64,000 nt of DNA from a virus. Taxonomy: Duplodnaviria; Caudoviricetes. Positions 17,620 through 27,842 of this stretch are shown here, piece by piece. Position 1 is the stretch's first letter. Each line of letters begins with the position of its first letter. Under the pieces are notes generated by a model. That model did not search any database and was not told where the DNA came from. It saw nothing but the letters and a program-made list of their open reading frames with translations. The position numbers and the translations under genes were made by a program. Where the stretch lies: the IMG/VR virus record IMGVR_UViG_3300010359_000001, positions 2,345 through 66,344 of that record. One strand, given 5' to 3'.

Positions 17620-19083
17620 ATGGATACAATCGGCGGGATAGAACTTCGTCCGTATCAGGAGAGAGACATTAGCAGGTTCATGGATGAGCCTGGGTGTCTA
17701 GTGGGGTATGGCAAGCGTGGCGGTAAGAGTATCACTGCCCTTGCACTGACCATGCGACGTATGGAAACTGTCGGGTCCGGGCCGATATTGATCGTAGCCG
17801 ACGTAGATACACAGTTTCATCGAGATTTGCGTAAACTCGGATATCCATTGGGCTCCATTATCGAGCACGGTGTGTCAAAGGAACGAGGATACGCAGCAAA
17901 ACGCGATGCGTGGCGCAGGGCAGTCAAGAACCCCAAGCATGGAGTTTTCTATCAGATCCATTGGTCAGCATTAATCCATGAGTTGGAATTGCTGCGGTCG
18001 GTTCGCTGGTTCACCATCATTGCCGATGAATTGCACGCTGCTAAGAATTGGCGGTCACAGCGCAGCAAGGCACTCAAACGGATACCGTGCCAGTACAAAA
18101 TCGGTCTGACGGCCGACCCTGACGATAATAAGCCTACTGATATATGGTCGCTGCTCCAATGGATACGACCGAGACAATACACCTCGTTTCACCGGTGGGC
18201 ACGTAAGTATGTCGAGGTCTATGAGGAGACCAACCGGAAGACTGGCAAGCGGTATTACGACTATGGCGAACCCATCAACGTCGATGAATTCAGGACAGAG
18301 ATCGCACCATTCTTTGTTACCATGACACTGAGCGATATTGATCCAGGCCAGCCTGACGATATATTCATCGAGCGCTTAGTCGACATGACCATTGAGCAGC
18401 AAGCAGCCTATGACCAGATGGTGCATATGCAACTGATGGAGCTGGGCGACAACATAGTGATGGCTGAATGGCCAATGACCAAAGATATGCGACTCCAGCA
18501 ATTAGCACAGGCAATGGGCCGTTCAGAGACTCGACTGGTATGGAGAACCGTCAACGAATTCGATGGTGATGGAAACAAAATCAAGGTCCGGAAACAGGTT
18601 GAGACGACTCGGGTAATCCAGACCGAGCCGTCACCCAAACTCGATGACCTTATGCACATATTGCAAACTTGGGACGTCGGTCCGATGATCCTATACTCGC
18701 AGTTCCCCGGGATGCTGGATCTAGTATATAAACGACTGAACGATGCAGGTATCCGGTATGCAAGCGTCCGGGATCGTAGCCAGATACCAGAGGCCGAGGC
18801 TGCATTTCAGGATGGTGCAGTAGACTTAATCATTGGCACCACGGGAATAATGAGCGAGAGCATTGAACTGAGCAGAGCACGGACAATAGGTTTCCTTGAC
18901 TGTCCGTGGAATCCCAGGGTCAGAGGTCAGGCAATTGGCCGTGCAAAGGAAGTAGGCAAGCGGGAACCAGTTACGGTCATTGATTGGCGTACACGAGGCA
19001 CGAGAGATATGGTGCGGCTGGATACCGCCAGGACTAAGCAGCAATGGAAGTCAGCATTGCTAGGCAACAGAGAGGCTATCTGA
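17620..19083 (+). CDS. SNF2-like superfamily 2 helicase
   Basis: ELRPYQ, GKRGGKS, IIADELHAAKN, IGLTADP, SPKLDDL and QAIGRA motifs. Confidence 0.85.
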   Translation: MDTIGGIELRPYQERDISRFMDEPGCLVGYGKRGGKSITALALTMRRMETVGSGPILIVADVDTQFHRDLRKLGYPLGSIIEHGVSKERGYAAKRDAWRRAVKNPKHGVFYQIHWSALIHELELLRSVRWFTIIADELHAAKNWRSQRSKALKRIPCQYKIGLTADPDDNKPTDIWSLLQWIRPRQYTSFHRWARKYVEVYEETNRKTGKRYYDYGEPINVDEFRTEIAPFFVTMTLSDIDPGQPDDIFIERLVDMTIEQQAAYDQMVHMQLMELGDNIVMAEWPMTKDMRLQQLAQAMGRSETRLVWRTVNEFDGDGNKIKVRKQVETTRVIQTEPSPKLDDLMHILQTWDVGPMILYSQFPGMLDLVYKRLNDAGIRYASVRDRSQIPEAEAAFQDGAVDLIIGTTGIMSESIELSRARTIGFLDCPWNPRVRGQAIGRAKEVGKREPVTVIDWRTRGTRDMVRLDTARTKQQWKSALLGNREAI

Positions 19084-19433
19084 TGGCTGGTCAGAGAATT
19101 CTCTTCATGGTACCGGTCGGTGCAATCGTGTTAACCACGACTGCGGAGGACACTGAGTGGCAGAACAGTGCGGCCTGCCGTGGACACAGCGACCCTGATA
19201 TCTGGTACTCGAATAGCCAAGGTGACAGGAAGATTGCCAAGCAATTCTGTAGTAGATGCCCTGTCGTCACGGAATGCCTAGAGTATGCACTGAAATACCG
19301 TGATCCGTGGGGATTATGGGGAGGACAGGGTCAGGTAGAGCGCAAGGCTAGAAAACGATCTTCGTTGGCCCGGGCGGCAACCGACGTTCACCCTGGGCAG
19401 ACAGCGGAAGTTGCAACTAGTCGCACCGAGTGA
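19083..19433 (+). CDS. whiB: WhiB-family transcription factor
   Basis: WQNSAAC...DPDIWY...AKQFCSRCPVVTECLEYAL...GLWGG. Confidence 0.9.
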   Translation: MAGQRILFMVPVGAIVLTTTAEDTEWQNSAACRGHSDPDIWYSNSQGDRKIAKQFCSRCPVVTECLEYALKYRDPWGLWGGQGQVERKARKRSSLARAATDVHPGQTAEVATSRTE

Positions 19434-19478
19434 TAGGGTGTGTGACGTGACACCCTAGTCGGCGACTGGAGCAGCAAC

Positions 19479-19688
19479 ATGGAACTGGATCAAAATGGCT
19501 GTCCTATCGATAGGTTAGCGGGCGGCTACCACTCTGCGTACTGCCCACCTAATCCTTGCCAGTTTTGCACTAGAAATTCTGCATGCCGGGTGGCTGACGG
19601 CTCTCGCCTCATGACTAGCTGGGAGTGGTGTCAGGAAGTGAACACCTGTGCAGCTACGATTGATTGGGATGCAGTATTCGGAGAGTGA
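19479..19688 (+). CDS. Cys-rich hypothetical protein
   Basis: 69 aa with GGAG RBS. Confidence 0.5.
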   Translation: MELDQNGCPIDRLAGGYHSAYCPPNPCQFCTRNSACRVADGSRLMTSWEWCQEVNTCAATIDWDAVFGE

Positions 19689-19892
19689 CGTGACACCCTA
19701 CCCAGGCCGCCAGTCGGCGCCACCAACCTATGTACATGGTGCACGATTAGGCTGTCCAGATTGTATGACTAATGAATCGCACTGTTGCCCATTCATTTGG
19801 GCCGACCAGCTAGACGAACCACAGCGCGGGCGGATATTACGGCACATGCACTCTGCATTGTGCGATGTGATAGCCGAGTGTGGTGGGATAAG

Positions 19893-21128
19893 ATGACACC
19901 CTACAAGCAGAGGCTACTGTCGGCTATCACAGCGTTGCCGCCGTTGACCGGTAACGATGACGTGAATTGTATTCACGTCGAGCGTTCATCGAGCAGGTTG
20001 GCGCACCGAAGGTGCTTGCGTAACTGGGACTTGCGCTATCGTCAGGGTTGGGTACCCACTATTGGGCCACAGGCATTGGAGTTCGGCACTGATATACACA
20101 TCGGGTTCCAGGCCATCTATGACCCGAAAACGTGGGATGAAACAACTGGAGAGCAAAAACTAAAAAACGCGATCGATGCGTTCACTGCGAGCTGCGAGGC
20201 CAGACGGGACCGTTACCTGTTGGCTACTAGTCAATTACGCACCACGTGGGATGGCCGCGACGACTATGCAGCGCGAGTCGAGTTGGGTCAGCATATGCTG
20301 ACTTATTACATGCGGCACGTGCACCCGATCGAGGATCGGAAGATCCGCCCGGTGAAGGTCGAGCAGAGGTTTCGTATTTACATCATTGACGAATTCGGCA
20401 ATCCGGTTCGCTGTTACAATTCACCCGTGTGCGGGCAGAGTCACATCAACGGTGCTCCCGTTGTCCACGGCGGTCAGGTCGACGCCATTTTCCAGAACCT
20501 GGAAACTGGTGGGTATGAGATTGTAGATTGGAAAACTGTGGGGGGTGACAAGGCAGTCGACGGAAACGAGAAAAACACATCACGTTTTTATCGTGCGGAT
20601 CTAGTGTGGATGCACGATCAGCTGTCGTTCTACTGCTTCGCACTACGGTACATTATGAATATCAACGTAACCGGGTTCATACTCGCAGAAATCCGCAAGG
20701 GGTATCCCAAAGTCCCCACTAGAATGAGACGTCCACGCAATGGTGGAATATTCAGTCAAGACAAGAACATGGAAACCGAACTAGCAATTTACAAGGCTCA
20801 CGTCATGGAATACGACCCGGAAGGTTACGCAAAAGGTGCGTACGACGGGTTCCTAGAGTACCTAAACGGACCAGAGGCGCCAGTGTTTCACAAGCGCCAC
20901 CGAGTGCCTAAGGACGAGGCTGAACTAGAGCAGGTAGGTATTAATACGGCACGCGAGATAAAAGCGATGGTCTCTCCCGATATCCTGCCGTATCCTGCAC
21001 CCGGTCCTATTGCCTGCCCACGCTGTACCTACCGTGCGCCGTGCGAGATGCAGATGCACGGAATGGAGTACGAAATCACACTCAATGGTCTATACGAACA
21101 GATCCCAGTTGTGGAGCAGAGGCCATGA
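19893..21128 (+). CDS. Cas4/RecB-like PD-(D/E)XK exonuclease
   Basis: CLRNW near the N-terminus, GQVD...IVDWKT, QLSFY and C-terminal C-P-R-C-T-Y-R-A-P-C cluster. Confidence 0.8.
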   Translation: MTPYKQRLLSAITALPPLTGNDDVNCIHVERSSSRLAHRRCLRNWDLRYRQGWVPTIGPQALEFGTDIHIGFQAIYDPKTWDETTGEQKLKNAIDAFTASCEARRDRYLLATSQLRTTWDGRDDYAARVELGQHMLTYYMRHVHPIEDRKIRPVKVEQRFRIYIIDEFGNPVRCYNSPVCGQSHINGAPVVHGGQVDAIFQNLETGGYEIVDWKTVGGDKAVDGNEKNTSRFYRADLVWMHDQLSFYCFALRYIMNINVTGFILAEIRKGYPKVPTRMRRPRNGGIFSQDKNMETELAIYKAHVMEYDPEGYAKGAYDGFLEYLNGPEAPVFHKRHRVPKDEAELEQVGINTAREIKAMVSPDILPYPAPGPIACPRCTYRAPCEMQMHGMEYEITLNGLYEQIPVVEQRP

Positions 21129-21336
21129 CCAAAGAGATTCCAGTTGGTACCATTAATGTCGGGGTTACGCAGTGTGGACATTTAACCACCGATGGTTGTT
21201 ACCATTGCTGTGACCGGTGCAACTACGACAGTCACCAGTGCCATGGTTGTGGTGAGCCATTGAGCCATGGCACAGAAGCTTGTAAGGCGTGTACAGAGTA
21301 TTATGCCATAATCGCAGTATGGGCATTTAACAATCG

Positions 21337-21831
21337 GTGTGGTGGTTGAGTAGCATGGTTAAGGCGGTGCCGGTTGACAATAGCGTACACGAGTGCCCAA
21401 TGCACGGCAAAACTCTGGACAGGAACGGTCAATGTACCGTGTACGGTATGTTCAGTGAGTGCTATTACCAGTGGGACGAGAGGTTTGCCCATCAGCTAGT
21501 CATCACAATTGATAGCGACACATTGGAAATTGAACACGAGGTCAAGCACCCGCCTGTGTGTCAATCGACCACCGATTTCATCTTGGCGGGTATTCCACAC
21601 ACCTATTACGAATGTGGAATTGATAGCCTAGTGGCTGATGAGGTATGGGCTGATGGCGACAGTGGCTATTACGACAGGCCCGGTCTGTACAGGATAGAAA
21701 TCTGGGGAGGAAAGAGCTGGACTGACTACGGGTGGGAGCATGACGGCAGGGTATATCTATTACCGCTGGAATTGCAAATCGGTACGATACCGTGGACAAC
21801 GGACAATGAGGTAACACGCAATGACCGATGA
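21337..21831 (+). CDS. Hypothetical protein
   Basis: 164 aa ORF in the replication operon. Confidence 0.5.
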   Translation: MWWLSSMVKAVPVDNSVHECPMHGKTLDRNGQCTVYGMFSECYYQWDERFAHQLVITIDSDTLEIEHEVKHPPVCQSTTDFILAGIPHTYYECGIDSLVADEVWADGDSGYYDRPGLYRIEIWGGKSWTDYGWEHDGRVYLLPLELQIGTIPWTTDNEVTRNDR

Positions 21832-22174
21832 CGAGTCACTAGACCTTGATACCATATCGGCGGCCGACATTCCCGATGATGGCGATAGACAAGCCGTTAT
21901 GTATGGCGACAGGTCAGCTACTGACAATTATCAAGATATCAGTGGGGGGATAGACACTGAATCTTACCGCGGTAACGTAAGCATTCCGTTCGGGGATGGC
22001 AACTATGCCTTCAGCATTCAACTAGTCGGATATTCTCTGCTCACCACAAATGACCAGAGAACGTCAGTCGTCATAGATGGCTGCGATTGCTGCGAGGTAA
22101 TGAGTGACGAGATAGCGTGCAGGGTTTACGAATACCTGGGACAATACCTAAAGGACCGTGGTCTCAATGACTGA
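21821..22174 (+). CDS. Acidic hypothetical protein
   Basis: 117 aa, overlapping neighbours. Confidence 0.5.
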   Translation: MTDDESLDLDTISAADIPDDGDRQAVMYGDRSATDNYQDISGGIDTESYRGNVSIPFGDGNYAFSIQLVGYSLLTTNDQRTSVVIDGCDCCEVMSDEIACRVYEYLGQYLKDRGLND

Positions 22175-23003
22175 CTCGGGTGTGCTCACCAGTGGCGACA
22201 CGTTGGGACTCAATACCGTAGCGGCTAGCGATATACAGACCCCAGAACGGGCTCTGTGGTACGGTCCGCCAGGTGTAGGAAAGACCCCTATATTGGGCAG
22301 TGGCAACCTAGTAGCCGCATTTCACCCGATGCTATTCATAGACGTGGATGGGGGATCGAAATCCTTAAAGGTAGTGGACCCGAGTATCCGTGTTCACCAG
22401 GTAAGGACATTCAAAAAGCTATACCAGGCATTCGAACGATTGCATGATGCAAAAGGTGGAGGCTACAACTGCATTGTCGTCGATGGTGTTCCGACAGCCC
22501 AGGCGATTGGAGTTGAGCACTTATATTATGATAATAAAGGTGGCCGCAATTACAACTTTGTGGATTTCGAGACAGCTACTCTAACAAATGGTGGGTTCAC
22601 TGCCAGCACTCAACAGATGCGGATACTAACCGAGGCATTCAAGCAGTTGCCGTGCCATATATTCTTCACTGCGTGGGCAAGAAATATTGCTCCTATGCCA
22701 AAGAGGATAGGCGAATCGGTTCCGCCAATGTGGGTACCAGATTTTCCTGACAAGACGCGAAATGCCATTACTGGCGGGTTCGAGAGCATACTGTACCTGA
22801 GCGTGTACGGTAACGACAACGTCGTCAAATTGCAGGCCAGATCCGGCACGACGGTAATGGCACGCGATAGAGGAAATCGACTGCCACCCACTATGGAACT
22901 ATGGCATCCCAAGTGGGATACCAGGAAATTGGGGGCACAGCCACCAGCAATGCAGCTGGTAGCAAAGGAATGGGGTCTGGACGCGACGCTAATTGGCAAA
23001 TAA
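22167..23003 (+). CDS. AAA ATPase (AAA_24 / Sak4-like recombination protein)
   Basis: LWYGPPGVGKT, FIDVDGG and IVVDG motifs; lies between the nuclease and a DUF669-like gene. Confidence 0.8.
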   Translation: MTDSGVLTSGDTLGLNTVAASDIQTPERALWYGPPGVGKTPILGSGNLVAAFHPMLFIDVDGGSKSLKVVDPSIRVHQVRTFKKLYQAFERLHDAKGGGYNCIVVDGVPTAQAIGVEHLYYDNKGGRNYNFVDFETATLTNGGFTASTQQMRILTEAFKQLPCHIFFTAWARNIAPMPKRIGESVPPMWVPDFPDKTRNAITGGFESILYLSVYGNDNVVKLQARSGTTVMARDRGNRLPPTMELWHPKWDTRKLGAQPPAMQLVAKEWGLDATLIGK

Positions 23004-23332
23004 GGAACGTGGTTACCAAGTGTATGGTATGTGGCAAGTTTTATCGCTACCTATTGGGTATAACACTACAGAAAGTATCAGTACAATGGCTGAGCCACGA
23101 TACATTCTGCATCGGCGGTTGACACCGAACGGCCCTATTCATGGTGGTTTCGTTTGGGTGGATGCACCGGCAATGGCAGAACCGGTTGACGATAGTGCTC
23201 AGCAGGACACGGCACCTGCCGACGTGCAGCAGGAAACTCAGTGAACTTAACCGCGTAGTGGGCAATTGCGGTTGAGAGGCCGAATCGAGTAGGCCATCGA
23301 GTAATACAACGATTCGAGAGGAACAAAGTAAA

Positions 23333-23821
23333 ATGTCACGACTCACAGAGGCAGCAAGCGACCTCGGACTGAGGTTTGCTGATGTCAAGCCGGGTCAGGG
23401 AGCCGACCCGCTTCCCACCAACAAATACCGGCTCCGTATCGAACGGTGGGAGGAGACCGAAGCAGATGGTAGTGGCAAGACGCCAGAGGGCAGCCTGATT
23501 TACAAGGTCGGTTTCCAGGTAGTTGGCGGTGAGCATGATGGCGAGTGGGTTTTCGATCAGCTCATCATCGCTGGCGTCATGGCTTCCCAGAACCTCGGGC
23601 GACTGAAGGGTCTGGCGGCTGCAGCTGGAATTGCAGTCAAGGTCTATGATTCCGGAGATTGGGACCCCGACAGCGAGTGGGGTCAGGAAAACCTCGTCGG
23701 GAAGGAGGTTACTGGCCACGTGGTGTACCGGAAGGCTAACGCCACGAAGGGCACCGATGCCGGTAACAACATCCGTAAGTATGAGACATGCGTCTTCACT
23801 CCGGATGACATGGTTGAGTGA
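23333..23821 (+). CDS. DUF669-like single-stranded DNA-binding protein
   Basis: PLPTNKYRLRI...FQVVGGEHDGEWVFD...LVGKEVTGHV...NNIRKY pattern. Confidence 0.7.
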   Translation: MSRLTEAASDLGLRFADVKPGQGADPLPTNKYRLRIERWEETEADGSGKTPEGSLIYKVGFQVVGGEHDGEWVFDQLIIAGVMASQNLGRLKGLAAAAGIAVKVYDSGDWDPDSEWGQENLVGKEVTGHVVYRKANATKGTDAGNNIRKYETCVFTPDDMVE

Positions 23822-23914
23822 TACTGCATCATGAGCAGTAACGGCGATTGGTGGGACGATTCTGTGGGATCGTAATACTGTACGATATGTTTATCTATAT
23901 CGCCGTGCAATAGG

Positions 23915-23950
23915 CCGCTGGGGGCAATTCCGCTAGATTGCCCCCAGCGG
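23915..23950 (+). terminator. Hairpin terminator
   Basis: 14-bp stem CCGCTGGGGGCAAT/ATTGCCCCCAGCGG after the SSB-like gene. Confidence 0.65.
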
Positions 23951-24033
23951 TTGTATCTCAGATAGGCAATGTCGCAGTTTGCAATGAAATCGGTCAGTGG
24001 CAGTAGTGGGACACGGAATGGGGTATTCCGCAA

Positions 24034-26028
24034 ATGGAATTCCTATCTAAGATATTTAGTGGTGGTGCTGGATATCTGTGCCTGGTGACATATAAAGGTG
24101 GCCGCCCGACCGAACATTTCTTTGAGTATCCCAGTGAGACTACCGAACTGAACGAGTCGGTAGAGAGTTGGGCGAAATCGAACGATATCAATGTCTATTT
24201 CTACCCGGTCCTGCTGGAGGAACCGGATACAGACAGCAAAATCGTGTGCGAACCGGTAATCGTTGCTGACCTTGGCATGGTACAGCCTGTACTATGCTGG
24301 CCGTTGCCAGATATGGTTGTCGAGTCATCTCCCGGACGGTTCCAGGCATATTGGCACCGTACCACTGGCGGGTTAAAGCCTGAATGTGTTAACGGGACCG
24401 TCGAGGGGGACCACAAGTTAAAGAGGCTGCCTGGGGTACGGAACTGTAAATATAGCAATGGAGAGCCGTGGATAGTATCTGAGCGCAGTATCAGTGGGAT
24501 GCCCAGTTACCACCGAGTCATGCGGCAGTTAGGGCTCACTGGTACTAGCTTTGACTACCTATTCCGCAATGGTGACCATTATTCGCTGGCAAAGTTCTGC
24601 GCGCGGCTAGGCGCCGACTCGACTGAGACGTTCCTGGTATTGCAGGCCGCTCAGAAGCAAGCAGGTAGGTTGCCTGGGGGTGATGGCTATACCACCCTGA
24701 GCACCTTGTATAAGGACGCTGTAGAGGCCGTAGCGGCTTCCAAAACCCCGTCTCTACTCACTGAGGATGAGTATAGGGACGTTGGGGCTGACGGGGGTAC
24801 GTTCGTCGATCAGTACGTGAATTGGGCTGTTCAGTGTACTGACAGCCCACGGCAATACCATATTGCAGGCGCACTGATGGTGTTGAGTGCAATTCTCAGT
24901 CCGTACATCAGGTTCCCGATGGCACACAGTGCATTGAAGTGTAATCTGTGGTTTATGATCCTGGGACAGACCACACTGACACGGAAAACTACGTCGATGG
25001 AAATGTCGGTAGGCCTAGCAAAGTCAGTTATCAAAGACGTTGTACTGTCGACCGATGGGAACAGGGAGGGCATCTTATCGGGTCTCGCTGACAGGGACGG
25101 CCGAACTAGCCTGTTCCATCGGGATGAGTTGCGTGGTCTACTGGCAGAGGTCGGAGACAAAAAGTACATGAGTGGCTTCTTGGAGACGATGACTCGACTT
25201 TACGATGGATGTAGTGAACGGCGCACGCTGAGTAGACGGGTCATTGAAGTCGAGGACCCGTATTTTATGGTCATGTGTGGCGGAATAAAGAACCAGGTAA
25301 TCGAACTAATGACTAGCGATTTTGTGGATTCTGGTTGGTTGCTAAGGTTTCTAGTCGTATGCGGTTGGACTAGGCCAGAGGACGTTAGGGAAATTGGGCC
25401 ACCAGTAGTCGGTACCGAGGACATGAGGGGTCTACTAGTAGATTACCTGTTTGGATTAGCTGACAAGTACATGCCACGGCGTCGACTGGCGAGGGCACTG
25501 GGCAATGCCGGTGGGCCGGGTAACATCATCGATGCTAAGGCTACTGATGAGGCATGGAATAGAATCAGAAAATTAGACTCAGATGCAAAAACACTGGGAT
25601 TGAATTCCGAGAACCCGGACACATTCTGTGCACTGTACGATCGGATGATAAAGAATATACTAAAGGTCGGTGTACTGTTAGCAGCGGACCGTGCATACCG
25701 CGAGGACCATGATTTAGTCGTCGACACTGGGGACCTGATACGTGCTATTTCATACAGTGACGTATGGATGGAGTCATTACATGAGGTGATACGCGGTATA
25801 GATATGAAACCGAGTAAGGAGGAGGCCCGCATCCTGAAAATCGCCACAGCAGTCAAGAATGCCGGGGATGCAGGTGTTGTTCACAGTAAGTTAATGCAGA
25901 GGTTCGGGCTGCGCAGCAGTGAAATGAAAGAGATAATCAGTACGCTACGGGACCGTGGACTAATTGTCGAAGTCACGGTTAACCGGGCAAAGATATACCT
26001 AGCCGCTAATATGGAGGACTGGCCATGA
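24034..26028 (+). CDS. Primase-helicase (RepB-like primase plus DUF3987-like ATPase)
   Basis: VESSPGRFQAYW and RLPG in the N-terminus; ILGQTTLTRKTTS, HRDE and RLYDG in the C-terminal ATPase. Confidence 0.75.
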   Translation: MEFLSKIFSGGAGYLCLVTYKGGRPTEHFFEYPSETTELNESVESWAKSNDINVYFYPVLLEEPDTDSKIVCEPVIVADLGMVQPVLCWPLPDMVVESSPGRFQAYWHRTTGGLKPECVNGTVEGDHKLKRLPGVRNCKYSNGEPWIVSERSISGMPSYHRVMRQLGLTGTSFDYLFRNGDHYSLAKFCARLGADSTETFLVLQAAQKQAGRLPGGDGYTTLSTLYKDAVEAVAASKTPSLLTEDEYRDVGADGGTFVDQYVNWAVQCTDSPRQYHIAGALMVLSAILSPYIRFPMAHSALKCNLWFMILGQTTLTRKTTSMEMSVGLAKSVIKDVVLSTDGNREGILSGLADRDGRTSLFHRDELRGLLAEVGDKKYMSGFLETMTRLYDGCSERRTLSRRVIEVEDPYFMVMCGGIKNQVIELMTSDFVDSGWLLRFLVVCGWTRPEDVREIGPPVVGTEDMRGLLVDYLFGLADKYMPRRRLARALGNAGGPGNIIDAKATDEAWNRIRKLDSDAKTLGLNSENPDTFCALYDRMIKNILKVGVLLAADRAYREDHDLVVDTGDLIRAISYSDVWMESLHEVIRGIDMKPSKEEARILKIATAVKNAGDAGVVHSKLMQRFGLRSSEMKEIISTLRDRGLIVEVTVNRAKIYLAANMEDWP

Positions 26029-26192
26029 GTATTGGTGCTACCACTCTCATCATTGGTGGGATCGTTGCAATGCTGGTGATGACAGTGCTCATTATCATTG
26101 GATTGCTGATGGTCGGTATGCGTCTGGAGAAACTAGAGAATAAATACAGTGAAATATGGCAGGCAGTCGAGGCAATGCAGACAAGGATGTAG
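26025..26192 (+). CDS. Small membrane protein
   Basis: 55 aa, single long hydrophobic helix, ATGA overlap with the primase stop. Confidence 0.5.
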   Translation: MSIGATTLIIGGIVAMLVMTVLIIIGLLMVGMRLEKLENKYSEIWQAVEAMQTRM

Positions 26193-26202
26193 GAAGACAG
26201 AG

Positions 26203-26595
26203 ATGAGAATGTACCTAGGGGCCGACTACTCCAGGAAACCGGAAATCAGCGGCTATGCGGCCACCCTGCGGAGCAATGGTTGTGATATCACGTCGACATG
26301 GCACGACGTTGATAACGATAACGTGGCAGGGTTCGGAATCGGCGGGGCAGTGCTTAACGTAGGAGATGCAGGTCTGGCAGCATCTCGGGACATTACCGAC
26401 TTAGTGAAATGTGACATGTTCGTACTGTTTACTACTGGTGAGGTATCGCGCGGCGGTAGGCACACCGAGTACGGCATTGCATTAGCATTGAATAAGAAAA
26501 TAGTCACAGTAGGCCCACGTGAGCACGCATTTCACTGTCTGCTACACGTCGATAATTACAAGAATTGGGATCAATTCCTAATCTGGTATACGTAA
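26203..26595 (+). CDS. Nucleoside 2-deoxyribosyltransferase-like protein
   Basis: YLGADY, RDITDLVKCDMFVLF and SRGGRHTEYGIALAL motifs. Confidence 0.75.
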   Translation: MRMYLGADYSRKPEISGYAATLRSNGCDITSTWHDVDNDNVAGFGIGGAVLNVGDAGLAASRDITDLVKCDMFVLFTTGEVSRGGRHTEYGIALALNKKIVTVGPREHAFHCLLHVDNYKNWDQFLIWYT

Positions 26596-26794
26596 TTACG
26601 ACGGTTATATTGTGGTTCGGTGTTAAGGTCCATAATTCGAATGATCGATACGATGGGAGGGTGCACCTATAATGTTAGAGGTAGTATCTGATAAATTAGA
26701 AAACATATTACCTGCGTGGATGATACAAATAAGGTGCCTGTGGTTCATCTGTATTGGAATGTTATTCCTGTTCGGAACGTGAGAGGACAAACTA

Positions 26795-27205
26795 ATGGAA
26801 TTCGACAAATATCAGGATCATACTATAGACACAGCGGCTTATCCGGATGCTGGTAGCGGTAGTATATCTGCCATTGTCTACTGTGCATTAGCTGCTGCTG
26901 GTGAGGCTGGTGAGATTGCTAACAAAGTAAAGAAAATGATGAGGGACGAGGACACCTCAGAATTGAGGGATGCAATATTCAAAGAGATCGGGGATACTCA
27001 ATGGTATCTAGCTAGCCTATGCCGTGAATTAGGTGGATCACTAGCCAATGTAGCAGAGAAGAACCTAGCGATGTTACGACGCAGACAGTCAACGAATACG
27101 ATACACGGATCAGGCGATAATCGTGAGGTCTCAGCCCAACTAATGATCGATTACCGTGAGTCCGTACACGATTCACGTATGGCAGCTGAGGGATGGACTG
27201 GGTAA
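26795..27205 (+). CDS. mazG: MazG-like nucleotide pyrophosphohydrolase
   Basis: AAAGEAGEIANKVKK...KEIGDTQWY...KNLAMLRRR. Confidence 0.85.
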   Translation: MEFDKYQDHTIDTAAYPDAGSGSISAIVYCALAAAGEAGEIANKVKKMMRDEDTSELRDAIFKEIGDTQWYLASLCRELGGSLANVAEKNLAMLRRRQSTNTIHGSGDNREVSAQLMIDYRESVHDSRMAAEGWTG

Positions 27206-27259
27206 TGACAGTTAATAGATTCACTGTGAGCAATGCTGTGATGATGCAGAGGATTTTTA

Positions 27260-27598
27260 GTGGCTGAGAAAATCACCGGGCAGACAAGCGATGGTTACCA
27301 CACATTCGATGAATTATATGAACACCGATCCATCCTGTTCATTGCTCTGATGGAAGCCTACCATTTGATATCGTGGTATGCACCTAAGCACTATGATGGA
27401 TCGATGTTCGACGGATTTGTCATCGTGGGAATGGACCTGCCAACCGGGCAGATAACGTACCATTTGCATATCGACCCTTGGCGAGAGCTGCTGGATAAGC
27501 TGCCAATAGCGGAGCTGGACAGAGCACCCAAGTACGACGGACACACATCAGAGGATACAATCGACCGAATTACCAGATGGTTGAGGGAAATGCCGTGA
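27260..27598 (+). CDS. Conserved phage protein (SDGYHTFDELY family)
   Basis: SDGYHTFDELYEHR...GQITYHL...YDGHT motifs; function unknown. Confidence 0.6.
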   Translation: MAEKITGQTSDGYHTFDELYEHRSILFIALMEAYHLISWYAPKHYDGSMFDGFVIVGMDLPTGQITYHLHIDPWRELLDKLPIAELDRAPKYDGHTSEDTIDRITRWLREMP

Positions 27599-27842
27599 CG
27601 GATATAGAACAGTTGGACAAGGACATTGACGTGGTGGCACGTGCAGAGTTGATCGCAGCTGTCGAGTACGACATATCGGCCGGGCACATTAGCCACGAAT
27701 CGTGCCCCGAAATCGGATCTCTTGACTGGGAACGTATCGAGAAGAGAATTGTAGCTATCTTGGAGGAAATAGCAGCAGACGACGCTACCAGGCTAGGAGC
27801 CTACGATAGGCTAGTAGCGCGTGCGACGATAGAGGAGTAACC

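Noticed and set aside
19893-21128. Cas4-like nuclease as evidence of a CRISPR-Cas system
   Set aside because: No repeat-spacer array or other cas genes; stand-alone Cas4/RecB-like nucleases beside AAA and SSB genes are routine phage recombination genes.
26203-27205. A Z-base (2-aminoadenine) or 7-deazaguanine modification pathway
   Set aside because: No PurZ, DatZ, QueC/D/E, FolE or DpdA-like genes recognised; NDT and MazG alone are not sufficient.
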